Source: an uncultured Gammaproteobacteria bacterium
GTDB taxonomy: Bacteria > Pseudomonadota > Gammaproteobacteria > GCA-001735895
Assembly: GCA_964544945.1 (NCBI GenBank)
Contig: CAZJEJ010000003.1
Span: forward strand, 10,962 to 50,678
DNA length: 39,717 nt
Direction of reading: 5' to 3'
The stretch's first letter is position 1, and the number at the start of each line of letters is the position of its first letter. Of this stretch, positions 11,664 through 21,437 are shown one piece after another. Made by a program: the position numbers and the translations under genes. The notes under the pieces were generated by a model that was given only the letters and a program-made list of their open reading frames with translations, did not search any database and was not told where the DNA came from.

Positions 11664-12619
11664 ATTATACGAATTTGATTCCAGGCGAACAAACGGCCCG
11701 GCGTTGCGGCAAGGTGGCAGTGGTGATGGGTGGTACTTCGGCCGAACGCGAAGTGTCGCTCAATAGTGGCAACGCGGTTTTCCAGGGACTGGTTGCCGCC
11801 GGTGTCGATGCGTTCCAGCTCGATTTACAGCAAGATGCAATTAACCAGTTGAGCAGCCTCGAAGCCGACAGGGTATTTAACATTGTTCACGGTCGTGGCG
11901 GTGAAGACGGCACCATACAGGCGGTAATGGATCTACTTGGCATTACTTATACCGGCAGCGGGGTGGGCGCCTCGGCGCTTGCCATGAATAAACTCGCTAC
12001 CAAGAGGGTGCTACGCGGTAGCGCAATACCGACACCCGAATTTCGCGAGCTCGACAGCGAAGAGGACTGCACCCGGCTACTGGATGAGCTTGGATTACCG
12101 GTGTTCGTCAAGCCGAACCTGGAAGGCTCCAGTATTGGCATGACGCCGGTTCACAGCGCCGCCCAACTGGTACCTGCCTGGCAAAAGGCCAGTCAGTTTG
12201 GTGAAGTGTTTGCAGAAAAATTTGTCAGTGGAGGCGAGTACACAGCGGCTTTTCTGGATGGAACAGTATTGCCGTTGATCAAACTGGATACACCGCGCGA
12301 GTTTTATGATTACGAGGCCAAGTATCTGGCAGACGATACGATCTATACCTGTCCCAGCGGGCTTGACAACGACAGCGTAGACGAAATCAATCGACTGGTA
12401 GAGGAAACCGTCAGGGTGACAGGCGTGGCGCATTGGGGTCGTGTCGATCTGATGCTCGATGAAGAGATGAAACCCTGGGTAATCGAGATCAACACGGTAC
12501 CGGGAATGACCGACCACAGCCTGGTACCGATGGCAGCCAGGCAGGCCGGTCTTGAAATGCCGAACCTGGTGCTCAAAATTCTGGAATTAACGCTGAACGG
12601 GGATGATAGTCATGGTTAG
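11660..12619 (+). CDS. ddl: D-alanine--D-alanine ligase
   Basis: ATP-grasp ligase with HGRGGEDGTIQ, SSIGM and EINTVPGMT blocks. ATGA overlap with murB. Confidence 0.93.
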   Translation: MNYTNLIPGEQTARRCGKVAVVMGGTSAEREVSLNSGNAVFQGLVAAGVDAFQLDLQQDAINQLSSLEADRVFNIVHGRGGEDGTIQAVMDLLGITYTGSGVGASALAMNKLATKRVLRGSAIPTPEFRELDSEEDCTRLLDELGLPVFVKPNLEGSSIGMTPVHSAAQLVPAWQKASQFGEVFAEKFVSGGEYTAAFLDGTVLPLIKLDTPREFYDYEAKYLADDTIYTCPSGLDNDSVDEINRLVEETVRVTGVAHWGRVDLMLDEEMKPWVIEINTVPGMTDHSLVPMAARQAGLEMPNLVLKILELTLNGDDSHG

Positions 12620-13406
12620 ATTCCGTAAACAGGGTGCGCAGGCGAAGAGAAATATCACGGAACAATCGGCCGAGTTTCGATGGCGCCAATCGTATAGCTG
12701 GGTATTACTGCTGATACCGCTGGTGACCGGTGGTGTATACCTGTCGCAGCAAGACACATGGTTCCCGATTGGGACCATTCAATTGTCTGGCACCTTTCAG
12801 TACATCGATCAGAATGAAGTGGAATCGACCTTGCAGAAGTATGTTGGAGAAGGTTTTTTCTCTCTTGATATTCGACAGGTGCAACAGTCGATCAGCGATA
12901 ATTCATGGACCGAATCGGTATCGATTAGACGCATTTGGCCCGATCGGCTCGATATCAGAATCGTCGAGAAGAAACCGGTGGCACGCTGGGATGACAGTCG
13001 CCTGCTTAGCTACAGGGCAGTCGTATATCAGGCGAATACCGATGCGTTTAAACAGCTCCCACTAGTATACGCCGTCAATTCCAGCCCCGAAAAAATCTTG
13101 TATAGCTATTACCAACTGGCCGAGCGTTTCGGTGCGTTTAACGAGGAAGTTATCGGCGTAGCGATGGACAGCCGGGGTGCGCTCAGTATTGAGCTGGCCA
13201 GTGGATTAAAAATAAAAGTGGGTAGAGACGATATCGAACGCAAGGTTGAACGTTTGGCAACTATTTATAAGCAGCAAATACAACCCAGACGAGATGAAAT
13301 AGAGTTACTCGATTTGCGATACAGCAATGGATTCGCGGTGTCGTGGAAAAAAGAGGCGCTGCGAAACCGCAGCGAGGCATCGTTATGGGGAAATACCAAT
13401 GTCTAA
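12603..13406 (+). CDS. ftsQ: Cell division protein FtsQ
   Basis: Basic N-terminus, a single TM helix (WVLLLIPLVTGGVYL), then a POTRA-like region (IQLSGTFQYIDQNEVE). Canonical slot between ddl and ftsA. The start is ATG 12603 or ATG 12612; both overlap ddl. Confidence 0.85.
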   Translation: MIVMVRFRKQGAQAKRNITEQSAEFRWRQSYSWVLLLIPLVTGGVYLSQQDTWFPIGTIQLSGTFQYIDQNEVESTLQKYVGEGFFSLDIRQVQQSISDNSWTESVSIRRIWPDRLDIRIVEKKPVARWDDSRLLSYRAVVYQANTDAFKQLPLVYAVNSSPEKILYSYYQLAERFGAFNEEVIGVAMDSRGALSIELASGLKIKVGRDDIERKVERLATIYKQQIQPRRDEIELLDLRYSNGFAVSWKKEALRNRSEASLWGNTNV

Positions 13407-14634
13407 AAAGGCAGCCAATAATTTAATCGTTGGACTGGATATCGGAACCTCGAAGGTGCTTGCGATCGTTGGCGAGATCACTGTCGAAGGCGGTATCGAA
13501 ATTATCGGTATAGGTACCCAGCTTTCGAGGGGATTAAAGAAGGGCGTGGTAGTGAATATCGAATCTACCGTACAGTCTATCCAGCGCGCGGTGGAAGAGG
13601 CGGAGCTGATGGCAGGGTGTCAGATCCGCTCGGTCTTCGCCGGAATCGCAGGTAGTCACATTCGTAGCATCAATTCGCATGGCATCGTCGGTATCAAGGA
13701 GAAGGAAGTGACCGCAGCCGATGTCTCGCGGGTGATCGAGGCCGCAAAGGCGGTTGCGATTCCGGCAGACCAACGTATTTTGCATGTGATCCCACAGGAA
13801 TTCATTATCGATAATTCGGAGGGTATTCGAGACCCGATCAGTATGTCCGGGGTGCGACTGGAGGCGAAGGTACACCTGGTTACGGGCGCGATGAGCGCCG
13901 CGCAAAATATTATCAAATGTGTACGCCGCTGTGGGCTCGAGGTCGATGACATTATCCTCGAGCAACTGGCATCGAGTGCGGCCGTGTTAACCGAAGACGA
14001 AAAGGAACTCGGTGTTTGCCTGGTCGATATCGGCGGTGGTACGACCGATATCGCGGTTTTTTCGGATGGAGCGATTCGACATACCGCGGTAATTCCGATA
14101 GCCGGGGATCAGGTCACCAACGATATAGCGGTAGCGTTGCGCACCCCCACGCAGTATGCCGATGATTTGAAGGTGAAATACGCCTGTGCACTGCGGCAAC
14201 TGGCCGCGGATGACCAAACCATCGAAGTGCCAAGCGTCGGAGACCGAGAGCCGAGAAGGCTCGCGCGCCAGACACTGGCCGAAGTGGTCGAGCCGCGTTA
14301 TGAAGAGTTACTGAGCCTGGTACATGCTGAGCTCAGACGCAGTGGCTTTGAAGAAATTTGTGCTGCCGGAGTGGTTTTAACCGGTGGTAGCTCGAAAATG
14401 GAAGGTGCGATCGAGCTGGCAGAGGAAATATTCCATATGCCGGTTAGGCTGGGTTATCCACAACATGTGTCGGGACTGGTCGATGTAGTTCGAAACCCGA
14501 TACATTCAACCGGGGTTGGATTGCTGCTGTTTGGAAACAGGCAACAATCTGGCCTTTCCAGTTATCAACTGGAGGACACGTCTGGAGCCGGTGTCTGGGC
14601 AAAAATGAAGAGCTGGTTTCAGGGTAATTTCTAA
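13399..14634 (+). CDS. ftsA: Cell division protein FtsA (actin-like ATPase)
   Basis: Phosphate-1 loop VGLDIGTSKV and DIGGGTTDIAV. Start ATG 13399 (MSKKAANN) overlaps ftsQ by 8 nt. The ORF-track start at 13327 is inside ftsQ. Confidence 0.94.
   Translation: MSKKAANNLIVGLDIGTSKVLAIVGEITVEGGIEIIGIGTQLSRGLKKGVVVNIESTVQSIQRAVEEAELMAGCQIRSVFAGIAGSHIRSINSHGIVGIKEKEVTAADVSRVIEAAKAVAIPADQRILHVIPQEFIIDNSEGIRDPISMSGVRLEAKVHLVTGAMSAAQNIIKCVRRCGLEVDDIILEQLASSAAVLTEDEKELGVCLVDIGGGTTDIAVFSDGAIRHTAVIPIAGDQVTNDIAVALRTPTQYADDLKVKYACALRQLAADDQTIEVPSVGDREPRRLARQTLAEVVEPRYEELLSLVHAELRRSGFEEICAAGVVLTGGSSKMEGAIELAEEIFHMPVRLGYPQHVSGLVDVVRNPIHSTGVGLLLFGNRQQSGLSSYQLEDTSGAGVWAKMKSWFQGNF
14454..14462 (+). promoter_or_regulatory. 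Perfect consensus DnaA box TTATCCACA inside the 3' part of ftsA, about 350 nt upstream of ftsZ
   Basis: Exact 9-mer match read directly in the sequence. Function is not established. Confidence 0.25.
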
Positions 14635-14721
14635 GAATTTTTTGACTCGATCGAAAAATTCTACGCCACAGGGAGGTAGCGTCAAAATCAGAAGCGGTTA
14701 GCGACTGGTTTTGCTGGAAGG

Positions 14722-14745
14722 CAGAAAATCATTATTTTCTGTTTT
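14722..14745 (+). terminator. AT-rich hairpin plus short T tract in the ftsA-ftsZ spacer (possible weak attenuator)
   Basis: CAGAAAAT (14722-14729) pairs perfectly with ATTTTCTG (14734-14741) around a 4-nt loop and is followed by TTTT. The stem has only 2 G:C pairs, so it would be weak at best. Confidence 0.2.
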
Positions 14746-14811
14746 CATTTTCTGAGAGGCCCAGGAGGGACTTATTCAGAATTTAGTTAACAAGTGAGAG
14801 AGGTAATTGAA

Positions 14812-15960
14812 ATGTTTGAATTGATGGATTCACACTCCAAAGAACCGGTAATCAAGGTCATTGGGGTAGGTGGTGGGGGTGGCAACGCTGTTCAGCATAT
14901 GGTGTCGTCTGGCATCGAAGGCGTCGAGTATATCTGTGTCAACACAGATATACAGGCGCTGAAGAAAATGGATGTCAGAGCCACGATGCAGATAGGCGCA
15001 AGTATCACCAAAGGTCTGGGAGCCGGGGCCGACCCCGGTATTGGCAGGCAGGCAGCGCTGGAGGACCGTGAACGCATTCAGGAAGCGATTGAGGGTAGCA
15101 ATATGCTATTTATCACCGCTGGAATGGGTGGTGGTACCGGTACCGGTGCAGCGCCGATAATCGCACAAATCGCCAGGGAGCTGGGAATTTTGACGGTCGC
15201 GGTGGTGACCAAGCCCTTCGCTTTTGAGCGCAGTAAACGCATGGCACAGGCCGAAATCGGCATCAAGGAGCTTTCCAATGCGGTTGATTCGTTGATTACC
15301 ATACCGAATGACAAATTGATGCCGGTACTGGGCAAGCAAACCTCTTTACTCGAAGTATTTATGAAAGCCAACGATGTGCTCAAAGGTGCGGTGCAGGGTA
15401 TCGCAGAATTAATCACTCGTCCCGGCCTGATTAATGTCGATTTTGCCGATGTGCGTACTGTCATGTCTGAAATGGGTATGGCGATGATGGGTACGGGCTG
15501 GGCGACCGGTGAAAACCGGGCTCGCGAAGCGGCTGCCGCTGCGATTTCTTCACCGTTACTGGAAGATGTCAATATATCGGGTGCGCGCGGTATCCTGGTC
15601 AACGTAACCGCTGGACTCGACCTGTCGATCGGGGAACTCGACGATGTCGGTACCGCTATTACCGATCTTGCGTCGGACGACGCCAGTGTAGTGGTCGGTA
15701 CCGTAATCGATGCTGATATGCCAGAAGGTGAATTACGCGTCACCATGGTTGCGACTGGTCTCGGGAAGGACAGGATTACGGCCGACTCTTCCATCACTAG
15801 CATACAACCCGGAAATAACGGCGAAGTTGACTACAAAAAGCTGGAAAGGCCGACAGCTATCCGTAAGAAAGTAGTTGGCGACAGCGTCGAATTACCCGAA
15901 GACAGGAATAGCATGGAGTATCTCGAAATTCCTGCTTTCCTTCGTCGCCAAAACGACTAG
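14812..15960 (+). CDS. ftsZ: Cell division GTPase FtsZ
   Basis: GVGGGGGNAV and tubulin signature GGGTGTGAAP. The conserved C-terminal peptide is present (YLEIPAFLRRQ). ATG 14812 is preceded by GAGAGG. Confidence 0.97.
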   Translation: MFELMDSHSKEPVIKVIGVGGGGGNAVQHMVSSGIEGVEYICVNTDIQALKKMDVRATMQIGASITKGLGAGADPGIGRQAALEDRERIQEAIEGSNMLFITAGMGGGTGTGAAPIIAQIARELGILTVAVVTKPFAFERSKRMAQAEIGIKELSNAVDSLITIPNDKLMPVLGKQTSLLEVFMKANDVLKGAVQGIAELITRPGLINVDFADVRTVMSEMGMAMMGTGWATGENRAREAAAAAISSPLLEDVNISGARGILVNVTAGLDLSIGELDDVGTAITDLASDDASVVVGTVIDADMPEGELRVTMVATGLGKDRITADSSITSIQPGNNGEVDYKKLERPTAIRKKVVGDSVELPEDRNSMEYLEIPAFLRRQND

Positions 15961-16132
15961 CAGTACCCAGGCACCACGGATCAAGTCATGACTTAATCAG
16001 GGGTACCTAACTCTCTTGCGAGGATAAGGTTCAGGGATGAACCAGCCTCATGTTATTCGCTGAGCCGAGGACTAAATGTTCAGCGCCGAAAGACTGGATG
16101 TCTCAAGCGTCCGTCCTAATTTCAACACCGAC

Positions 16133-18889
16133 CTAAATTGACTGAATCCTGTCGGCTTGCGCCTGCAGACTCGCGAGTGCCGAATAAACTTCCGCAAGCC
16201 GGGTCTTTTCCTTGTCAACCACCGCCGTTGGGGCCTTGGCGATGAAATTATCGTTGCCCAATTTCCCTTCGATGCGCCGTGCATCCAGTTCTAGTTTCTG
16301 GATATTTTTTTGCAGGCGCAATAATTCTGCCTTCTTGTCAATCAGTCCGGCAAGCGGTATGAGCAGGCTCATATCGCCTACCAGAGAAGTGGCAGATTCA
16401 GGGGCCTGTTGATCCTGTTCAAGCCAGTCGATTGATTCGAGTTTGGCTAGCGACATCAGCAGCGTACGATTTCGATCGAGTTTTTGGTGATCGAGCTCAC
16501 ACCCATTTTGACAGATAACCGGTAGCGGCTTACCCGGCTTGATATCCATTTCGGAGCGAATTTGACGGATACCCATGACAAATTGCTTGACCCATTCGAG
16601 TTCATCGATCGCTGTTTCGTCGATCAATTCGGGATCGGCCTGGGGGTAGGCACACAGCATTATAGATTCTGAATTCTGACCGATCAGCGGTGCAACGCGT
16701 TGCCAGAGTTCTTCGGTAATATAGGGCATGATCGGATGCAACAGACGCAGAATTGCTTCCAGTACCGTAACCAGGGTATGCCTGGTAGCACTTTTTTGTG
16801 CTTCGCTGTATTCCTCGGAGTAGATTACCGGTTTGGATAATTCGATATACCAGTCGCAATAATCGTTCCACGCAAATTCGTACAAATCCCGGGAGACCAG
16901 GTCGAAGCGGTAAGAATCGATATGCCGTTCTGTTTGTTGCACGACCTGTTGCAGACGCGCAAGAATCCAGCGGTCAGCCAGCGATTTTACGCCTTCGCTG
17001 CAATCCTGAGATTCAGTGTTTTGCAATACGTAGCGAGTCGCGTTCCACAGTTTGTTGCAGAAATTACGATAACCCTCTATGCGTCCAAGATCGAAGCGGA
17101 TGTCGCGACCGGTTGTCGCCAGTGCAGCAAAAGTGAAACGCAATGCATCGGTGCCGAAAGCCGGGATACCATCGGGAAAATGTTTTTTAGTGGCCTTGAT
17201 AATTCCTGGTGCCATGTCGGGTTGCATCAGGCCGCCGGTACGTTTGGTGAGTAAATTTTCGAGTGTAATACCATCGATCAAATCAAGCGGATCGAGGACA
17301 TTGCCTTTTGACTTTGACATCTTGTTGCCTTCGGCATCACGCACCAGGCCATGAATATAGACATGGTGAAACGGTACTTCATCCATAAACTTCAGGCCAA
17401 ACATGATCATACGAGCGACCCAGAAAAAGATAATATCAAAGCCGGTCACCAGCACGCTGGTCGGGTAAAATGTGTTTAACGCCGGGTCTTTAGCATCGGG
17501 CCAGCCGAGCGTACTAAAAGGCCATAAAGCCGAGGAAAACCAGGTGTCGAGGACATCTTCATCCTGTGTCAGTTTCAGCTCAGGTGATAGCTGATACTTG
17601 CTGCGGACTTCGTCGGCATTCGCGGCGACATAAAATTTGCCCGATTCATCGTACCAGGCAGGGATGCGGTGTCCCCACCAGATCTGACGTGAAATGCACC
17701 AATCCTGAATGTCTTCCATCCAGTTGTAATAAGTCTTCGACCAGTTTTCAGGAATAAATTTTATCCTGCCGTCCTTAACCGCCTCGATCGCCGGCCTGGC
17801 GAGTGGTTTGGCGCTGACAAACCACTGGTCGGTCAGATAAGGTTCAATCACCGAATGCGTACGGTCGCCACGGGGCACCATCATTTTGTGGTCGGCTATC
17901 TTTTCAATTAAATCGAGCGCCTCCAGATCGCTCACCACGGACTTGCGTGCATCGTATCGGTCCATACCCTGGTATTTTTCGGGCGCCCGATCGTTGATTC
18001 TGGCGTCGTGGGTAAAGATATTGATCAATTCCAGATCGTGGCGCTTGCCTACCTCGTAATCGTTAAAATCATGCGCGGGGGTAATCTTGACGCAACCCGA
18101 TCCAAATTCAGGGTCGACATAATCATCCGCTACGATCGGAATCTTACGGCCGGTGAGAGGCAATGCCACTTGTTTTCCGACCAGGTGCGCGTAGCGTTGA
18201 TCGTCGGGGTGAACCGCGACCGCCGAGTCGCCCAGCATGGTTTCCGGGCGCGTGGTGGCAACCGTGAGATACCCGTCTTCTCCAGTAATCGGGTAGCGTA
18301 TATGCCAGAGATTGCCATTCTCCTCCTGGGAGATAACTTCGAGGTCGGATACGGCGGTATGTAGTACCGGGTCCCAGTTGACCAGGCGTTTTCCGCGGTA
18401 AATCAAGCCCTCTTCGTAGAGTCGTATAAACACTTCCTGTACGGCACTGGACAGCCCATCGTCCATGGTAAAACGTTCGCGACTCCAGTCCGGTGATGTA
18501 CCCATGCGGCGTAACTGCTGGGTAATAGTGCCACCCGACTCCTGTTTCCATTTCCATATGCGTTCGATAAATGCATCACGGCCGAGGTCTTGCCTGGTCC
18601 TGTTTTCATTGCTTAATTGGCGCTCGACCACCATTTGCGTGGCTATTCCTGCGTGGTCGGTACCTGGCTGCCACAGGGTGTTGTCACCCTTCATGCGATG
18701 GTAGCGGATCAGCATATCCATAATGGTATCCTGAAAGGCATGCCCCATATGCAGGCTTCCAGTCACGTTAGGGGGTGGTATCACGATGCAATAAGGATCA
18801 CCCTCACCCTGGGATTTGAAATAGCCTTTATCTTCCCAGTGCTGATACCACGTCTGCTCTATCGCCTGCGGGTTATAGGTTTTATCCAT
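16133..18889 (-). CDS. valS: Valine--tRNA ligase
   Basis: 918 aa. Class I HIGH (SLHMGHAF) and KMSKS (NKMSKSKGN) motifs, and a C-terminal coiled-coil arm. Confidence 0.97.
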   Translation of the reverse strand: MDKTYNPQAIEQTWYQHWEDKGYFKSQGEGDPYCIVIPPPNVTGSLHMGHAFQDTIMDMLIRYHRMKGDNTLWQPGTDHAGIATQMVVERQLSNENRTRQDLGRDAFIERIWKWKQESGGTITQQLRRMGTSPDWSRERFTMDDGLSSAVQEVFIRLYEEGLIYRGKRLVNWDPVLHTAVSDLEVISQEENGNLWHIRYPITGEDGYLTVATTRPETMLGDSAVAVHPDDQRYAHLVGKQVALPLTGRKIPIVADDYVDPEFGSGCVKITPAHDFNDYEVGKRHDLELINIFTHDARINDRAPEKYQGMDRYDARKSVVSDLEALDLIEKIADHKMMVPRGDRTHSVIEPYLTDQWFVSAKPLARPAIEAVKDGRIKFIPENWSKTYYNWMEDIQDWCISRQIWWGHRIPAWYDESGKFYVAANADEVRSKYQLSPELKLTQDEDVLDTWFSSALWPFSTLGWPDAKDPALNTFYPTSVLVTGFDIIFFWVARMIMFGLKFMDEVPFHHVYIHGLVRDAEGNKMSKSKGNVLDPLDLIDGITLENLLTKRTGGLMQPDMAPGIIKATKKHFPDGIPAFGTDALRFTFAALATTGRDIRFDLGRIEGYRNFCNKLWNATRYVLQNTESQDCSEGVKSLADRWILARLQQVVQQTERHIDSYRFDLVSRDLYEFAWNDYCDWYIELSKPVIYSEEYSEAQKSATRHTLVTVLEAILRLLHPIMPYITEELWQRVAPLIGQNSESIMLCAYPQADPELIDETAIDELEWVKQFVMGIRQIRSEMDIKPGKPLPVICQNGCELDHQKLDRNRTLLMSLAKLESIDWLEQDQQAPESATSLVGDMSLLIPLAGLIDKKAELLRLQKNIQKLELDARRIEGKLGNDNFIAKAPTAVVDKEKTRLAEVYSALASLQAQADRIQSI

Positions 18890-19080
18890 TGCTTATCTGG
18901 TCCGTATATGCCGGTAAAAAAAGAGGCGGATTATACAATGGGCTATTGCATAAATGCACTTTTTCCATGCTAACCCGGATATTGCTGAAGCGAGCGAAGT
19001 TCAGGGGAAACAGGGCAATCAAGATTGATCGATGATCAAAGTGGAACGACAGCTAAGGACACTAGTGCTACCAGGCTGAC

Positions 19081-19353
19081 TTAGGATTCGGATTTAGAGT
19101 CCGTGTCGGTAGCCGACTGCTGGATCGCGAGCCTGATTTCCTGCCAGGCCAGTTCCAGGTGTTCGTCCATGATACGACGAATTTCCTGTTCCAGTGCGGG
19201 TACCATACTGAATTTAGCCGATGGATTTGGCTCGGATTCAGACATTGCATCCCTGGGTGCGAAATCCTGGCCCAGGCCGAGGTCTGAGAGTTCGATCTCT
19301 GCGTCTTTTTCGATCAGATCGGTTAATACCGGTATGTTAGATTCGTCGATCAT
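19081..19353 (-). CDS. Small acidic hypothetical protein (90 aa), translationally coupled to holC
   Basis: The ATG lies 3 nt after the holC stop. By my count it has about 21 Asp/Glu against 7 Lys/Arg. N-terminal IPVLTDLI motif and a predicted C-terminal helix (LEQEIRRIMDEHLELAWQEIRLAI). It occupies the holC-valS slot. Confidence 0.6.
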   Translation of the reverse strand: MIDESNIPVLTDLIEKDAEIELSDLGLGQDFAPRDAMSESEPNPSAKFSMVPALEQEIRRIMDEHLELAWQEIRLAIQQSATDTDSKSES

Positions 19354-19356
19354 TGC

Positions 19357-19770
19357 TTATAAAGGGTGGTGCTTGATCGCATAGCCGCGTTCCCGGTAAT
19401 AGTGATAGTGCTCGCGAGCCTGTGATTTATTGTTTTCGGTCACGAGTTCGATCACGCGCTCGAACTGGGCAAAATAACCGGGAATTGTCGTGGTTAGATT
19501 GATCAATAGCTGGCGATCACCCTTAGGATCAGGCTCGTTGTGGATCAGAACCGGTGTCTTGAAACTGGTCGACTCCTGCAGGTCATGCGGGACGAAACTA
19601 TCGTCTTCGAATACCCAGAGTTGTTTATCCAGGTGCGAGGATTGCTCGGGGCTTTGGGTCAGAACCAGGGTATGTTGTTTACTCTCGTACGCTTTCTGGC
19701 ACAGCTGGCACACGACGCGGTCCTGGCTATGCCTGTCGGGATCAAGTTGATAGAAATCGATGTGCGTCAT
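19357..19770 (-). CDS. holC: DNA polymerase III subunit chi
   Basis: 137 aa, co-linear by eye with E. coli HolC (FYxL N-terminus, LWxxxxxSFVPH block, C-terminal ARExYxxYRxxG). Conserved pepA-holC-valS order. Confidence 0.88.
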   Translation of the reverse strand: MTHIDFYQLDPDRHSQDRVVCQLCQKAYESKQHTLVLTQSPEQSSHLDKQLWVFEDDSFVPHDLQESTSFKTPVLIHNEPDPKGDRQLLINLTTTIPGYFAQFERVIELVTENNKSQAREHYHYYRERGYAIKHHPL

Positions 19771-19791
19771 TTCTGGTGGCGTGGTTTTGTA

Positions 19792-21279
19792 TTAAAGTTG
19801 ATTGAGAATGAACTGGGTGAGCAGGGGTACCGGTCGTCCAGTAGCGCCTTTTTCATCACCTGACTTCCACGCGGTACCAGCGATATCGAGGTGCGCCCAC
19901 TTGTATTTTTTGGTAAACCGCGACAAAAAGCAGGCCGCAGTTATGGTGCCTGCATCGCGTCCTCCGATATTGGCCATATCAGCAAAGTTACTTTTTAACT
20001 GATCCTGATATTCTTCCCATAATGGTAGTTCCCACGCCTTGTCTTCAATTTGTTTACCCGATTGAATCAAGTCATCGATCAATGCCCGGTCATTACCCAG
20101 TACCGCAGAAGGGACCTTGCCCAGGGCGATAATACAGGCGCCGGTCAGGGTGGCAATATCGATCACACACCGTGGGTTATATTTTTTCGCGTAGGTCAGG
20201 GCATCGCACAATATCAGGCGACCTTCGGCATCGGTATTGAGAATCTCGATGGTCTGACCAGACATGCTAGTAACGATGTCCCCTGGTCTGGTTGCGAGAC
20301 CATCGGGCATGTTTTCGGTCGTGGGGATAATGCCGACAACATTGATCGGTAATTTCATCGTTGCCACCGCATTGATGGTGCCGATGACCGAGGCTGCGCC
20401 ACACATGTCAAATTTCATTTCGTCCATGGCGATACCGGGTTTGAGCGATATGCCACCGGAGTCAAAAGTAACACCCTTGCCGACCAGCACCACTGGTTTT
20501 TGTTTCGGCTTACCGCCACTATATTGCAGTATGATGAGTTTTGCAGGTTGGCGACTGCCTGCGCTTACCGATAACAACGAACCCATTTTCAGTTCGCGCA
20601 TATCGGCTTCATTGAGCACCTCGATTTTGAGATTCCCATGTTCCTTGCCCAGTTTTCTGGCCTGCTGGGCCAGATAGGCCGGGTTGCAGATATTGCCTGG
20701 CAGGTTCCCCAGGTCGCGTGCGAGATCCATGCCTTTAGCGATAGCGACTCCCTGCTGGACGGCCAGTTTTGCCTTAGCCTGGTGGCGTTGTTCCGGCACG
20801 TTCAGGGTTAATTTACGCAAGGCCTTTTTCTGGTTTGGCGTGACGCTCTTGAGTCGTTCAAACTGGTAACGACTTTGCCAGATCTGTAACACGCTGTGGC
20901 GAATTTTCCATTCGGTGTCGCGCTCCTTGATTGATAAATCCGTCAGGTAAGAGCAAGCGTCCCTGGCGCCCGAATTTTCCAGTGTGCTGGCCACGCCTTG
21001 TAATACCTTTATAAAGGCTTGCTCGTTCATTTCACTCTCTTTACCACAGCCAGCCAGCAGTACCCGTTCAGCCGGAATGCCTGGTACATTATGGAGCATC
21101 AAGCTTTGGCCTGGTCGGCCATCCATATCACCGCTTTTCAGGATTTCAGACAGAAAACCGCCGCTGGCCCTATCCAGCAAATCGCCAGATATGGATAGTT
21201 TTCGTGTTTGCCACACGGCTATAATCAGGCAGGCACTGCGTTGTTTTTCGGGGGCGCTGGTTTTTACGTTGAATTCCAT
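19792..21279 (-). CDS. pepA: Leucyl aminopeptidase PepA (M17)
   Basis: M17 signature NTDAEGRLILCD and metal-binding blocks VGKGVTFDSGG and MKFDMCGAA; 495 aa. Confidence 0.95.
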   Translation of the reverse strand: MEFNVKTSAPEKQRSACLIIAVWQTRKLSISGDLLDRASGGFLSEILKSGDMDGRPGQSLMLHNVPGIPAERVLLAGCGKESEMNEQAFIKVLQGVASTLENSGARDACSYLTDLSIKERDTEWKIRHSVLQIWQSRYQFERLKSVTPNQKKALRKLTLNVPEQRHQAKAKLAVQQGVAIAKGMDLARDLGNLPGNICNPAYLAQQARKLGKEHGNLKIEVLNEADMRELKMGSLLSVSAGSRQPAKLIILQYSGGKPKQKPVVLVGKGVTFDSGGISLKPGIAMDEMKFDMCGAASVIGTINAVATMKLPINVVGIIPTTENMPDGLATRPGDIVTSMSGQTIEILNTDAEGRLILCDALTYAKKYNPRCVIDIATLTGACIIALGKVPSAVLGNDRALIDDLIQSGKQIEDKAWELPLWEEYQDQLKSNFADMANIGGRDAGTITAACFLSRFTKKYKWAHLDIAGTAWKSGDEKGATGRPVPLLTQFILNQL

Positions 21280-21437
21280 GATATTCCAGTGTTGGTATAT
21301 TCGATAACGCGATAAGATACGTGAAGTATGAAAAAAAACCAGTCGTAATTTATCTGTGACTACGATTATTCAGGTCAGGTTTAACCAATCCGTGGTGAAA
21401 TTGGATGTTGGCCGATACGTCTATATGAAATATTGCG

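Noticed and set aside
15078-15803. 241-aa ORF antisense to ftsZ.
   Set aside because: It lies fully inside ftsZ on the opposite strand. Its low-complexity Ser/Ala/Pro/Thr-rich product is typical of the stop-free antisense frame of a gene rich in GNN codons.
19025-19039. 15-bp palindrome TTGATC-GAT-GATCAA, carrying two GATC sites, upstream of valS.
   Set aside because: It is short, and the sequence is generally rich in CGATCG/GATC-like strings. No known operator matches it. Noted only.
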